64,000 nucleotides of DNA from the NCBI GenBank assembly GCA_039808765.1, contig JBDHTQ010000007.1, positions 48,127 to 112,126 of the forward strand, read 5' to 3'. Within the stretch, counting starts at the first letter, position 1; each line of letters opens with the position of its first letter. Source of the DNA: Bdellovibrionales bacterium (GTDB lineage: Bacteria; Pseudomonadota; Alphaproteobacteria; UBA2400). The notes beneath the pieces are model-generated. The model had not been told where the DNA came from. It did no database searches and worked only from the letters and a program-made list of their open reading frames with translations. Positions 10,457 through 20,797 of this stretch are shown piece by piece. The translations under genes were made by a program, and so were the position numbers.

Positions 10457-11452
10457 CTAAAGTTGGTGGCGCGAGAAGAAAGCCCAAATTTCATTTTCTG
10501 CATGAATGTCCTGATTGATCACAACATCTTTTTTCCGATATCGTGGTCGTTCCATACCCGGCCAGGCGTGACCGCCATTTACAACCGTATAAGCAAGAAC
10601 CTCTCCATTTTCAGGGCAACCAGAAAATCGATTGGTTACCACGGTGGAATCATCTTCCTGATCAACATCTTTTAAGGCTGTTGTTACGGATTGTGGTGGC
10701 AGCGTGCAGCCATTATTTCTCAACCAAAAATCAATTGTATCAGGAACTGAAATAACTGTGCCGCCACCATATTGGGAATTTCCTAAAGTTGGAATTGTGC
10801 CACCATCATAGGGTACGATTGCATCGTGATCCCCATTTATCAGCATTATGGGCACTGGCTGTGAAGGGTGGCACTCAGGCACCAAAAATTTTGGAAGATT
10901 GCCAATAACGGATGCAAACGCAGCAACACGATCGGCTAATTGGCATGCCAGCATTTGTGTAAACATTCCGCCGTTAGAAACTCCTGTTATATAAATTCGC
11001 TTCGGGTTAACTGGTGCGGTATCAACGAGCTGATCTATCATTGCAGCAATAAAACCAGCATCATCTGTTTTATCATCAGGAAAGCGTCCATCATTCCACT
11101 GTTTATCCCCAGCATCAGGATAGACAACAATAAAGTTATTTTGCTTGGCGAGTTTATTAAAGTGCGATTGTTGAGCGAAATTTGGTCCTGTCCCAAGAGT
11201 GCCATGCAATCCTATCACAAGCGGATAAAGCTTTTTTTGATTGTGATCGGTAGGGTCGTAGATATAGTAAATTCTGTCTGTGCCCGCAAAATTAATGTGT
11301 ATTTCCCTTAATTGGTGTTGAACAAGAAGCTGCTGTAGAAAACCTTGTGCATTGGCCGATGTAAACGGCATGCCTGTCAAGAGCAACAAGAGTGCGGTGA
11401 CGATAATTGCAACGTTAACAGATCGCATCCCAAGACCTTTCGCAGAAAACAT
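10457..11452 (-). CDS. Secreted alpha/beta-hydrolase, LpqC / PHB-depolymerase-like esterase
   Basis: Signal peptide; PLVIGLHG, VVYPD, DDAGFI, GVSNGG nucleophile, GDHDAIVP, GGHAWPG. Confidence 0.88.
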   Translation of the reverse strand: MFSAKGLGMRSVNVAIIVTALLLLLTGMPFTSANAQGFLQQLLVQHQLREIHINFAGTDRIYYIYDPTDHNQKKLYPLVIGLHGTLGTGPNFAQQSHFNKLAKQNNFIVVYPDAGDKQWNDGRFPDDKTDDAGFIAAMIDQLVDTAPVNPKRIYITGVSNGGMFTQMLACQLADRVAAFASVIGNLPKFLVPECHPSQPVPIMLINGDHDAIVPYDGGTIPTLGNSQYGGGTVISVPDTIDFWLRNNGCTLPPQSVTTALKDVDQEDDSTVVTNRFSGCPENGEVLAYTVVNGGHAWPGMERPRYRKKDVVINQDIHAENEIWAFFSRHQL

Positions 11453-11549
11453 TCGTATCCAACCATAAAGCGCTTTGCGGAATACACAATGCGAACAATT
11501 AGTATGTGGGAATGAAATGGCTGTTGTGAGATTCTTAGATTTGCTCCAA

Positions 11550-11577
11550 TTGTCGTATAATGTATATTATGGAAAAT
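11550..11577 (+). other. dif: dif-like XerC/XerD chromosome dimer resolution site
   Basis: TTGTCGTATAA-TGTATA-TTATGGAAAAT has the 11-6-11 layout and closely matches E. coli dif (GGTGCGCATAA-TGTATA-TTATGTTAAAT); intergenic; gene orientation switches around it. Confidence 0.85.
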
Positions 11578-11811
11578 GACATGGTGTTTAATTGTGCAAG
11601 CCTAACTTCACATTATGATGCGATGAATGATATTACCATACAAGGTCATGGTTTTGTCCATTCTCGCTGAATGAACATCCTCACTTGCGTAGTGTGTGTC
11701 TCACATCAACACGCACTTTAAATTTTTTTAAATTTCTTTTCAAAAAAAACTTGAAATATTTAAAAAAGATTATGTATTAATGAAAAAAATCTTGCAAAAA
11801 AAAGAGGAAAA

Positions 11812-12513
11812 ATGCCTATTTCACAATATTACCCGAATGGAACTACTGACCAAGTTCAAAATTTCTCTGCGATTGCCATTCAAAAGCTTAGCGCTTTAGG
11901 ACATCGCCATTTCTTGATGTCCGTAGAAACATCATTTGCACAATTATTGCGGCATGATCCGAGCTTGCGTTTAGCTGAAGCGTATGATCCATTGAAAATT
12001 GAAGATATTCTTAGTGGACAGGCAAGCCCGCTTTATCCGGAAGATCACCCTTGGTGTGGCGCAATTTGTCTGCATGCTCAAGCAATTGCGATAGCTTTAG
12101 GAATGAATGTTGGTGAAGTTTTTATGCCATCTGCACTTGATCCGAATCATGTAGGAGATGAGGCAATTAATGGTGTTATGCCGTTGTTTCAATCAGCCGT
12201 CAATGGATTTACTCACCTTACAGATCCTGAAAAAAATGCAGAAATGAGTTTCTTCCCAGAAGTAGAAGTTCTTGATATTTTCAGGGTTGCATTATCATGT
12301 CCTGACTACTCAGGAGGGGAGGTTTTGTTTCCAACAAAAGAGCAAGTTCGCTCCGTTATAACTTTTATAGATCATGCTTTTTTTGATGATGATCGTGGTG
12401 ATCCTAATACTATGCCTCAAGGTGAAGTAAAAGATAGATTTCGGCGAGCTTGTCATACATTGATGCAAGCGAGAAAAGACGGCCCTAATTCACCTTTATT
12501 TATCTTCCTGTAA
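11812..12513 (+). CDS. Hypothetical protein
   Basis: 233-aa ORF with GAGGA SD after an AT-rich promoter region; no family recognised. Confidence 0.65.
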   Translation: MPISQYYPNGTTDQVQNFSAIAIQKLSALGHRHFLMSVETSFAQLLRHDPSLRLAEAYDPLKIEDILSGQASPLYPEDHPWCGAICLHAQAIAIALGMNVGEVFMPSALDPNHVGDEAINGVMPLFQSAVNGFTHLTDPEKNAEMSFFPEVEVLDIFRVALSCPDYSGGEVLFPTKEQVRSVITFIDHAFFDDDRGDPNTMPQGEVKDRFRRACHTLMQARKDGPNSPLFIFL

Positions 12514-12596
12514 AAATCGCTCTTGTTTGTCTTCCTTTCTCACGGCATGATGCTCGCACTGAATGCACATTCCGTGCATAGGCGTGGGGAAACATA

Positions 12597-13076
12597 ATGG
12601 TTCAATCTGGGCATAAAAATTTGTGCTTACGTGCACTAATCCTTACTGTATTTTTTGCAATCGCCGGGGCGATTCCTTGCTTTGCCGGGGATACTATTGC
12701 CCTTATCCGCTCGCAGAACGATCCTAACCATGATTACACGATTGAAGGTGAGGTGGTAACCATTTGGGAAGATAGCTTTTTGCTTGATGATCAAACTGGT
12801 CAAATCGTTGTGGATGTTAAACCACGCACTATTCAAGAGTTAAATTTAGCAGGACGGGATTATGTTCTCCTCAGTGGGCGTTACAGTAAAGGCGTTTTCA
12901 AGCCTGTGGCCTTATCACAAGGGGCAGGAAAAGTGACATCTTTTCTCAAAAGCTACGACGAGATGATGCCCCCACTCTCTGACGACGTGGTTAGAAAAAA
13001 CACGCTTCAACACCGCTTTACGCCGTCGAGCGTCCAGAGCAGTATTGACGCTAGAGTGCAAGGTGAAAAAAAATAA
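12597..13076 (+). CDS. Periplasmic bacterial OB-fold (BOF; YgiW/YdeI-like) protein
   Basis: Signal peptide followed by YTIEGEVV...DSFLLDDQTGQIVVDV. Confidence 0.65.
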   Translation: MVQSGHKNLCLRALILTVFFAIAGAIPCFAGDTIALIRSQNDPNHDYTIEGEVVTIWEDSFLLDDQTGQIVVDVKPRTIQELNLAGRDYVLLSGRYSKGVFKPVALSQGAGKVTSFLKSYDEMMPPLSDDVVRKNTLQHRFTPSSVQSSIDARVQGEKK

Positions 13077-13084
13077 TCGCGTTA

Positions 13085-14275
13085 TCAGCTAATATGATTG
13101 TTTAACGTTCGCAAAACAACATGTGCAGCCTCTTCACTGGGTTTTAGTGAAGCGTCCGGGGGGGACAACCATCCCCTAACGTTCTGCAGTATCTTTATCT
13201 GCTTTCCACGGGCGATGGGATCGTTTAGAAGTGTATTTATTTCGTGGGCTAAGCGTTCTGGCGTGCAGTTCTCTTGAAGAAGCTCAGGAATAATTCTGTC
13301 ATCAACCATAATGTTTACGAGGTTTACGTACTTGGTTTTGATTAACCGCCGATACAATGCGGCCGTGACGGGATGAACTTTATAGGCGACCACAGTCGGC
13401 GTATGTGCGAGTGCCAGCTCTAGCGCCACTGTGCCAGAGGCGGCAAGTGCGGCTGATGCTGCTTTAAATGCATCGTACTTATCTTCATCCCCTGTGATAA
13501 CTAAAGGCGGGGTCTTCCAATTTTTAGTTGCTTTAATTAAGCGATCATAATGATGGGAAATGGTTGGTATCACAACTTTTAATGTAGGATGCTCTTTTAT
13601 CAGTAGCGCAATCGCCCTTTCAAAATCATTCAGAAGATAATTCAGTTCGCTTCGCCTGCTGCCCGGTAAAACCACTAACAAAGTTTGGTCGGGTGAAAGA
13701 TTAAATTTTGCACGAAAGCGCTCACCACTTGCACGCTCAATGCCCGCTTCAACCAGCGGGTGCCCGACAAATGAAGCAGATAGCCCCACACGTTCAAAGT
13801 AAGGAGGTTCGAAAGGAAAGAGCGTTAAGAGGTGTTTGAACAGGGGCTGAATTTTTTGTGCACGATTGGGTCGCCAAGCCCATACTGTTGGGGCAACATA
13901 ATGAATAAACGGAATACTATTTCGTCCTTGAAGTTTTTTTGCGACGCGAAAAGAAAAGTCCGGTGCATCAATCGTGATGACCACGTTCGGTTTTGTTTGT
14001 TCAATCGCTTGAGCTGTTTGTTGAATACGTTTTAAAATAAGCGGAATTTTTGGTAAGAGTTCGGCAATGCCAAACAGGGTTAAATCGCTCATGGGAAAAA
14101 GTGAAGAGAGCCCCTCTTCCACCATTCGTTGTCCCCCGACACCGCACCACGCAAGTGTAATATTTTGATTTTCGCAGGTTTTTTTAAGGCTATGCATCAA
14201 GCGCGCCCCAAGCAAATCACCCGATGGTTCACCTGCGATAAGAAAAATTTTTACAGGCTTAGGTAATTGCTGCAT
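13085..14275 (-). CDS. lpxB: Lipid-A-disaccharide synthase
   Basis: IAGEPSGDLLG, IDAPDF, HYVAPTVWAWR, FVGHP, LPGSRRSE, ASGTVALE; ATG 14275 taken as start. Confidence 0.96.
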   Translation of the reverse strand: MQQLPKPVKIFLIAGEPSGDLLGARLMHSLKKTCENQNITLAWCGVGGQRMVEEGLSSLFPMSDLTLFGIAELLPKIPLILKRIQQTAQAIEQTKPNVVITIDAPDFSFRVAKKLQGRNSIPFIHYVAPTVWAWRPNRAQKIQPLFKHLLTLFPFEPPYFERVGLSASFVGHPLVEAGIERASGERFRAKFNLSPDQTLLVVLPGSRRSELNYLLNDFERAIALLIKEHPTLKVVIPTISHHYDRLIKATKNWKTPPLVITGDEDKYDAFKAASAALAASGTVALELALAHTPTVVAYKVHPVTAALYRRLIKTKYVNLVNIMVDDRIIPELLQENCTPERLAHEINTLLNDPIARGKQIKILQNVRGWLSPPDASLKPSEEAAHVVLRTLNNHIS

Positions 14276-15092
14276 CGTGATCAACACCAATCAAAAAAAG
14301 ACCATATTTTTTACATAAATCCAGCGTTGTTTCTTGCTCAAGCAAAATGGCTCGTCCTGCCTCTACCGCAATTCCGATCAGGCCAGCCTGATGTGCCTGC
14401 TCAACAGTTTCTGGCCCGATTGTTGGTAAATCAAGCCGTGCGTCTTGTTGCGGTTTGCTCATTTTGATAAGAATGCCGCCGCGGCCCTGTCTTTTTAAAG
14501 TGCTTGATCGGCGGATCATTTCTGCAGTGCCTTCAATTGCTTCAACGGTCAAAATAATCCCTTGTTGAACAATCACCGCCTGACCAACATCAACGGGGGC
14601 CAGCGCACTCAATACCGCACATCCACGCTGAATGTCTTTGCGAATTTCATCGTTTAAAATTGCAGAATCATCGGTAAGTAACCCATGTGGCATTAACAAA
14701 GTATGCAAGACATCTTGAGCAGCGATAACTTTAAACCCCTCACTTTCAAGCTCTTTTTTAATGACGTTAAGCAGCCCGTCATCGCCGAGCCATGCCAACC
14801 CTGCTTTCGCAAAAATTCTTGCGGCACGCCAATCCGGCCTTAGTTCAGTGAAGGTGGGGCGTTTAACAGATCCGGCAAAAATAATGTCTTCACAGCCTTC
14901 TTTTTTGAGCAACCTAATTGTGCGTCGGGCGGCCCCCAGCCGGGTTTGAGCGTGAGGGTATGCATGAAATATTCCAGCGTCCACTTGACCTTCAAAGGCA
15001 ATAACAAACGGCCGACGACCTTGTGCCTCTGCAGCTTCAGCGATTTGAAGGGGTAAGGCCCCTTTCCCAGCTAAGATCCCCAAGCGTCTCAC
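14259..15092 (-). CDS. lpxI: UDP-2,3-diacylglucosamine diphosphatase LpxI
   Basis: LGILAGKGALP, GDDGLL, DVGQAV, VEAIEGT, KPQQDARLDLPTIG; directly upstream of lpxB. Confidence 0.95.
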   Translation of the reverse strand: MRRLGILAGKGALPLQIAEAAEAQGRRPFVIAFEGQVDAGIFHAYPHAQTRLGAARRTIRLLKKEGCEDIIFAGSVKRPTFTELRPDWRAARIFAKAGLAWLGDDGLLNVIKKELESEGFKVIAAQDVLHTLLMPHGLLTDDSAILNDEIRKDIQRGCAVLSALAPVDVGQAVIVQQGIILTVEAIEGTAEMIRRSSTLKRQGRGGILIKMSKPQQDARLDLPTIGPETVEQAHQAGLIGIAVEAGRAILLEQETTLDLCKKYGLFLIGVDHDAAIT

Positions 15093-15139
15093 ATCTGCTC
15101 CAAAAGCACCAATCCCCTCATTCCTTATAAGGTTGAGCG

Positions 15140-15592
15140 TTAGGATTCTTTATCCAAAATCATCGCTGAATAAATTGCTTCAGCACATAAAACGCCGTTC
15201 ACCTTGGCCTCACCTTTAAATTTCCAAACATTGCCGCGGCTGCGTTCTTTCACAACGTGAATATGAATTTGATCGCCGGGAACAACTGGCTTACGGAAAC
15301 GTGCTTCATCAATCGTCATAAAATAAACAAGTTTTCCCTCTGCCTCTTTTCCAAGTGTGTGCACAACTAAAACTGCAGAAGTCTGGGCCATAGCCTCAAT
15401 AATTAAAACACCTGGCATCACGGGTTTTTTGGGAAAATGGCCCATAAAAAAAGGTTCATTGATGGAGACGTTTTTAACGCCTACAGCACTTTCTCCCGTA
15501 ACAATATTCTCAACCCGCTCAATCATCAGAATTGGCGCGCGATGAGGAATCATCTCCATGATGCGTTCAACATCTAAGTTTGTCTCTGTCAT
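15140..15592 (-). CDS. fabZ: 3-hydroxyacyl-ACP dehydratase
   Basis: [42 protein letters not shown]. Confidence 0.97.
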   Translation of the reverse strand: MTETNLDVERIMEMIPHRAPILMIERVENIVTGESAVGVKNVSINEPFFMGHFPKKPVMPGVLIIEAMAQTSAVLVVHTLGKEAEGKLVYFMTIDEARFRKPVVPGDQIHIHVVKERSRGNVWKFKGEAKVNGVLCAEAIYSAMILDKES

Positions 15593-15595
15593 AAC

Positions 15596-16633
15596 TCAAC
15601 CTTTTTCACTTTTTGATCGGCTACCTTTAGCCATTTGTTCAACCATGACATGCTGTCGGAAAAATTGCCGAATGGGAACAGCTGGTGATCCCATCAATTC
15701 TTCCCGTGGTGCCACGTCTCTCATGATGCCGCTTTGAGCGGCTAGGCGCGCACCATCTGCAATCGTGAGATGACCCGCGATGCCAGATTGAGCCGCCATA
15801 ACAACACCAGTGCCCAATTTTGTGCTGCCTGCAACACCTGATTGCGAAACTAAAACACATCCAGGGCCAAGGCGAACGTTGTGCGCGATTTGGACAAGAT
15901 TATCAATAATACATCCTCGACCAATGACTGTGTCTGAACCTGCACCGCGATCAATTGTTGTGTTGGCGCCAATTTCAACATCATCCTCAATGATGACACG
16001 ACCGAGCTGAGGCACTTTAATATGACCCTTATCAGATAAAGCATAGCCGAAGCCATCCTGCCCGATGCGCGCGCCGGTATAAATGGAAACACGGTTACCG
16101 ATAATACAATAATCAAGCGTTACCAATGCGCCAATTCGGCAATCGTTGCCAAGCTTTACACCACGGTTAATAACGGCGTTTGATTCAATCATGCAACGTG
16201 AGCCAATCTCAACGTTTGGTCCAATGACCGCACCCGCTCTAATCTCGCAACCTGCCCCAATTCTGGCTGAGCTATCAATAATTGCGTGTTCAGAGATTTT
16301 ATTGCGAACAATTGGCCGGGGAAAAAGAGCATCGGCGGCCACTGCATAGGCTGCATAGGGATTATCGGTAACCAGCACAGCCATTGATGCAGGGGCGTAC
16401 TCAAGTGCCTCTGGTCTCGCAAAGCAGGCTCCAGCATTGCTGGCAATGAACTGATCTTTATACTTACGATTATCAAAGAATGACAAGTCATCCGGGCCGG
16501 CAAGGTCTAGCGGTGCTGTTCCTTTTATTTCCAGTACGGCGTGTGCCTGCGAGTTCAGTCGTGCGCCTGTCAATAGAATCAGGTTCTTAAGCGGGATGGG
16601 ACCGACTGAATCAAAAAAACGTGGATCAGGCAT
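15596..16633 (-). CDS. lpxD: UDP-3-O-acylglucosamine N-acyltransferase
   Basis: Hexapeptide repeats, [37 protein letters not shown]. Confidence 0.96.
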   Translation of the reverse strand: MPDPRFFDSVGPIPLKNLILLTGARLNSQAHAVLEIKGTAPLDLAGPDDLSFFDNRKYKDQFIASNAGACFARPEALEYAPASMAVLVTDNPYAAYAVAADALFPRPIVRNKISEHAIIDSSARIGAGCEIRAGAVIGPNVEIGSRCMIESNAVINRGVKLGNDCRIGALVTLDYCIIGNRVSIYTGARIGQDGFGYALSDKGHIKVPQLGRVIIEDDVEIGANTTIDRGAGSDTVIGRGCIIDNLVQIAHNVRLGPGCVLVSQSGVAGSTKLGTGVVMAAQSGIAGHLTIADGARLAAQSGIMRDVAPREELMGSPAVPIRQFFRQHVMVEQMAKGSRSKSEKG

Positions 16634-16679
16634 ATTTTTTCCGTTTAAAGGTTCTTGTTTTGAAGACTCAACGTAAAGA

Positions 16680-17276
16680 TTATTTCGTTGGTTTAGACAA
16701 CTTGGAGAGTGCGGGAATGGTTACGGCAACCTTGGGTAAATCTTTATTGAGCTGCGCCAAAACAGGGGCTGTGATATCAAATGAAGCTTCAATCACAACA
16801 GTTTGTCCGCGATCAAGAACAACATTTGCACCCCGATTTGAGGCTTCTTGAGCAACGATTTTACCTAAGCTTTGTTTGATAGTCGCAAATGCTTGATTAA
16901 AAGCGACATCCAAGGCCTGAGCGCGTTGTTGGACTTTTTCTTGTACAGCGCGAACTTGTGTTTCAAAATCAGTGCGCTTCTTTGCAAAATCCTCGGCCGA
17001 AAGCTTGGCACGTTGTTCTTGCAAAGACTTCTCATTTTCACGTAGCTTTTGCTCATCAGCAGTTACTTCTTTTTGGTACGTCTGACGCTGGGCTGCCAAC
17101 TGATCTTTAACGCTTTTTGCGGCTAAAGATTCTTGCATGATTTTTTGCATATCAACCACAGCAACGACAGCAGGCGCAAATTTTCCTTCTGTCGCGGGTT
17201 GTGGCTCTGCTGCAAAAGCAGAAACGCTTGCAAGAAGAGACGCAGAAAGGATAATCGTTGTAATGATTTTACGCAT
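16680..17276 (-). CDS. skp: OmpH/Skp periplasmic chaperone
   Basis: Signal peptide, VAVVDMQKI, coiled coil, [11 protein letters not shown]; lies between bamA and lpxD. Confidence 0.92.
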   Translation of the reverse strand: MRKIITTIILSASLLASVSAFAAEPQPATEGKFAPAVVAVVDMQKIMQESLAAKSVKDQLAAQRQTYQKEVTADEQKLRENEKSLQEQRAKLSAEDFAKKRTDFETQVRAVQEKVQQRAQALDVAFNQAFATIKQSLGKIVAQEASNRGANVVLDRGQTVVIEASFDITAPVLAQLNKDLPKVAVTIPALSKLSKPTK

Positions 17277-17278
17277 TT

Positions 17279-19606
17279 TTAAAACCTCGTTCCAAAGCTA
17301 AGACGGAATTCTTGTGTCTTATCATAAGACTCTTTACCAACTGGCACAGCAAAGTCAACCCGAAGTGGCCCCAGTGGTGACCGCCATGAAAGGCCTGTAC
17401 CGACAGACCAACGGATTGTGTTATCATCAACAAATGTTTCACTTGGTAAAGGATTGGCATCGACGTGCCAAAGCGAACCAGTATCCGAGAAAAAGTGCCC
17501 CTGCACCCCGACTTCCTTGGGCAGGCCGACAGGGAAGCTTAGTTCAGCTGTACCGCGATAAAAGAAGTTCCCTCCCAAGGCATCTTGGGCCGATGTTGTT
17601 AAATCGCGTGGACCAATACCGGATGTCTCAAAGCCGCGCAGCGTATCACCGCCGATGAAGAAACGATCGCTGATGGCAACATCCTGATCAAGACCATAGA
17701 CGGCTCCCCCCTCACCCATCAGGCTGAAAACCCATTCTGGCCCACCAATTGGAAAATAGACAGCACCGCCGCTCTTTACGCGAAAGAATTGGGCATCCCC
17801 ACCTAATCCAGCAACGTCTGTTGAGACGCGAAGGACATAACCATCCGTGGGGGTAAGTTTGCTATCGCGTTTATCATAAGACAGCTCTTGCCCAACAAGG
17901 GAGGTAAGACGGTCACCTTCTTGATCACGAATGAAACGCGATGCAGTCGAATCGACATTTTCAATACGCGTAGAGCTAATGGTGTAGTTCAGCTTCTGTC
18001 TCAAATTCTCTGTTAAAGGGTAACCCATGCGTAAATTAAGCCCGGTCACCATCTCGTCATAAGAGCTTTCATCGTTATTGCGTTTATCATGGAAGATATC
18101 GAACCCTGCTGCCAAATCGCGTTCAAGGAAGTATGGCTCTGTGAAGCCTAGGTTAAACTCTTGAGAGCGTCCGGAAATGGTCGTCGAAAATTTAACGTAC
18201 TGGCCTTTGCCCAAGAAGTTGCGCTCTGTAATACCAAAGTCAGCCAAGGGACCATCGGTGGTTGAATAGCCCGCTCCAATCGAAATTTCACCGGTTGACT
18301 GTTCCTGGACGCTGACGTTAATCACAGCTTGATCTGGAGCAGAACCTTGAGCTACATCGACTTTTACTTTGTCAAAGAATCCAAGATCTTTGATATTTTG
18401 CTCAGATTTTTGTAACTTAGAGCGATTAAAGGGATCGCCTTCAATCAACATCATTTCACGACGAATAACGCGATCTTGTGTGCGCATGTTGCCACTAATA
18501 TTTATGCGCTCAACATAAACTTTCTGGCCCTCGCTGATCACGTATTTGATATTGATTGTGTGAGCTTCACGATTGCGATCAGCCTCAGGACGAATGTCGA
18601 TGAAAGCGTACTGGCGATCATTGAGTGTATTCGTTAGATTATTAATGCTGTCTTCAATTTTCGTTGCGTTATACCAATCCCCTTTTTGTGTGAGAAGTTC
18701 CTTTTGAAGGGATTTTGTTTCAAGATTTTTGATCTTTGCATCGATTTGCACATCGCCAAGTTTGTAGCGTTCCCCTTCATCCAAGGTGTATGTAATGAAA
18801 AAACCTTGATTGTCAGGCGATAACTCAGCTACTGCAGAGGTTACGCGAAAATCTGCGTAACCTTTGGAAAGATAAAAACGACGGAGTAATTCTTTATCAA
18901 CGTTGATCCGATCCTGATCATAAACATCATTCGTGCTTAGGAATCGGTACCAACGTGACGGTCGTGTAAGAATTTCTTCTACCAACTGACCATCTGAAAA
19001 ATGCTTGTTGCCAATAAAACTGATGCTGCGGACAAGTGTGCGCTGACCCTCATTCACTTCAAAAACAAGATTAACGCGATTTTGGTCAAGTGTGATGATT
19101 TTTGGTGTTACAGAGGCAGAAAAATACCCGCTGCGGCGATATAAATCAACAATACGCTGTACATCTGACTGTACACGGGTGCGCGTATAGATTGCACGCT
19201 CGCGCGACTGAACTTCGTTGTTCAGGTCTTCATCTTTAAAACGTTTATTACCCTCAAAAGCAACTTTGTTAATGCTGGGGTTTTCTGCAACCGTGATGAT
19301 CAGGGTGTCACCGTTACGGCTCAAAGTGACATCGGCAAACAAGCCTGTTTTGAAGAGTGATTTCAGTGAAGCGTCGATACCAGACGGATCAAAGGTATCG
19401 CCTTGTTTGACTGTCAGGTAGCTTTTGATGGTTTCCTGCTCAATACGCTGTGATCCTTGGATTTCAATGTTAGCAATGTGATCATCAGACGGGGTTGCCT
19501 GAGCTTTCGCACCATAAAAAAACATACCCATCGCCAGAGCAAAAGCGACCACTGCAAACTTTAAGCGAAATATAACCACCTGAACACTCCTCACCAGATC
19601 AATCAA
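17279..19606 (-). CDS. bamA: Outer membrane protein assembly factor BamA
   Basis: POTRA repeats (IQGSQRIE, GNMRTQDRVIRRE), LRGFE motif, WRSPLGPLR, terminal FGTRF. Confidence 0.97.
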   Translation of the reverse strand: MIDLVRSVQVVIFRLKFAVVAFALAMGMFFYGAKAQATPSDDHIANIEIQGSQRIEQETIKSYLTVKQGDTFDPSGIDASLKSLFKTGLFADVTLSRNGDTLIITVAENPSINKVAFEGNKRFKDEDLNNEVQSRERAIYTRTRVQSDVQRIVDLYRRSGYFSASVTPKIITLDQNRVNLVFEVNEGQRTLVRSISFIGNKHFSDGQLVEEILTRPSRWYRFLSTNDVYDQDRINVDKELLRRFYLSKGYADFRVTSAVAELSPDNQGFFITYTLDEGERYKLGDVQIDAKIKNLETKSLQKELLTQKGDWYNATKIEDSINNLTNTLNDRQYAFIDIRPEADRNREAHTINIKYVISEGQKVYVERINISGNMRTQDRVIRREMMLIEGDPFNRSKLQKSEQNIKDLGFFDKVKVDVAQGSAPDQAVINVSVQEQSTGEISIGAGYSTTDGPLADFGITERNFLGKGQYVKFSTTISGRSQEFNLGFTEPYFLERDLAAGFDIFHDKRNNDESSYDEMVTGLNLRMGYPLTENLRQKLNYTISSTRIENVDSTASRFIRDQEGDRLTSLVGQELSYDKRDSKLTPTDGYVLRVSTDVAGLGGDAQFFRVKSGGAVYFPIGGPEWVFSLMGEGGAVYGLDQDVAISDRFFIGGDTLRGFETSGIGPRDLTTSAQDALGGNFFYRGTAELSFPVGLPKEVGVQGHFFSDTGSLWHVDANPLPSETFVDDNTIRWSVGTGLSWRSPLGPLRVDFAVPVGKESYDKTQEFRLSFGTRF

Positions 19607-19618
19607 ACCCTAGGGTGC

Positions 19619-20755
19619 CTAGAGAATAAGGTTAGAAATAAAATCTACAACACCAAAATTTTTTAGGTCATTCCAGAAGGCAAAAATCATGATTGATACA
19701 ACAATCGCCAATCCAAATCGCAAGCTGTAATCCATCGCTTTTTCGCTCAACGGGCGGCGCCGAATAGCCTCAATGGCATAAAAAAGGAGGTGGCCACCGT
19801 CAAGGACGGGAATGGGAAAAAGGTTAATTAGCCCTAGGTTTGCTGACAAAACTGCCATAAACCACAAGAGTGCAACCGCTGTTTCTGTCAGAGAGGTGTT
19901 GACCATATCACCTGAGATTTTGGCAATACTGATCACGCTACCAAGCTCTTTAGTGCTTCGTTCATTCATGATGATTTGGCTTAAGCCGACAAGTGTCGAT
20001 TTGATGATTCCAAACGTGTCAGCAACCGACTCGTAGAGAGCTTTTCCGGGTGATAGTTTGCTGAATTCCTGTTTTTGTCCCATGATACCCAATCGACCCA
20101 CACGATGATTCTGGACATCTTCGATCGTGGGGATAATGTGGAAAGTGAGGGCTTGTCCGTCACGATTGATGCCTATATCAACTGGTTTATCAAGATTAAG
20201 TGCCATATATTCTTGAATGTCTTGAAAACGGTCAACTTTTTGTCCGTTTACCGACGAAATCGTGTCGCCTGCTTTTATCCCGGCCATTTGAGCAGGCATT
20301 CCCTCGGTGACGCTTTCAACATAAGGAAGTGTACGCGGTTGCCCAACAGTTAGATACAAACCTGCTAAAACAATGAGCGTAAAGAGGAAGTTGATCAAAG
20401 GACCTGCAGCCACAATTGCCGCGCGCTGTCCAATACTTTTGGCAAAGAATGCTTGAGAGCGTTGTTCGGGGGTTAAAGCGACAGTATTGTCTTTATGATG
20501 TTCAACGCTGGCGGGGTCTTCATCACCAAACATTTTGACGTATCCGCCAAGCGGAACCAGAGCAATGCGCCAGCGGGTGCCTCGCTTATTGTTCCAGCCG
20601 TAGATTTCAGGACCGAATCCAATTGAAAAAACCTCAACTTTCACGCCATTCCATAAAGCCATCCAGTAGTGGCCAAATTCATGGACAAACACTAGCAAGC
20701 CAATAACCACAATAAATGCGATGGTGCTGTTACTAAAGGTTGTAAAAAAGTCCAT
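19619..20755 (-). CDS. rseP: RIP metalloprotease RseP
   Basis: HEFGH, FSIGFGP, PLGGYVKM, AAGP, one PDZ domain, NLFPIPVLDGG. Confidence 0.96.
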   Translation of the reverse strand: MDFFTTFSNSTIAFIVVIGLLVFVHEFGHYWMALWNGVKVEVFSIGFGPEIYGWNNKRGTRWRIALVPLGGYVKMFGDEDPASVEHHKDNTVALTPEQRSQAFFAKSIGQRAAIVAAGPLINFLFTLIVLAGLYLTVGQPRTLPYVESVTEGMPAQMAGIKAGDTISSVNGQKVDRFQDIQEYMALNLDKPVDIGINRDGQALTFHIIPTIEDVQNHRVGRLGIMGQKQEFSKLSPGKALYESVADTFGIIKSTLVGLSQIIMNERSTKELGSVISIAKISGDMVNTSLTETAVALLWFMAVLSANLGLINLFPIPVLDGGHLLFYAIEAIRRRPLSEKAMDYSLRFGLAIVVSIMIFAFWNDLKNFGVVDFISNLIL

Positions 20756-20797
20756 GAATTCCTCGCACGAATGAATAAGACAGAAAGTTTAGCCGAT

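Noticed and set aside
11569-11670. 33-codon ORF starting inside the right arm of dif
   Set aside because: No SD; the ATG is part of the XerD arm
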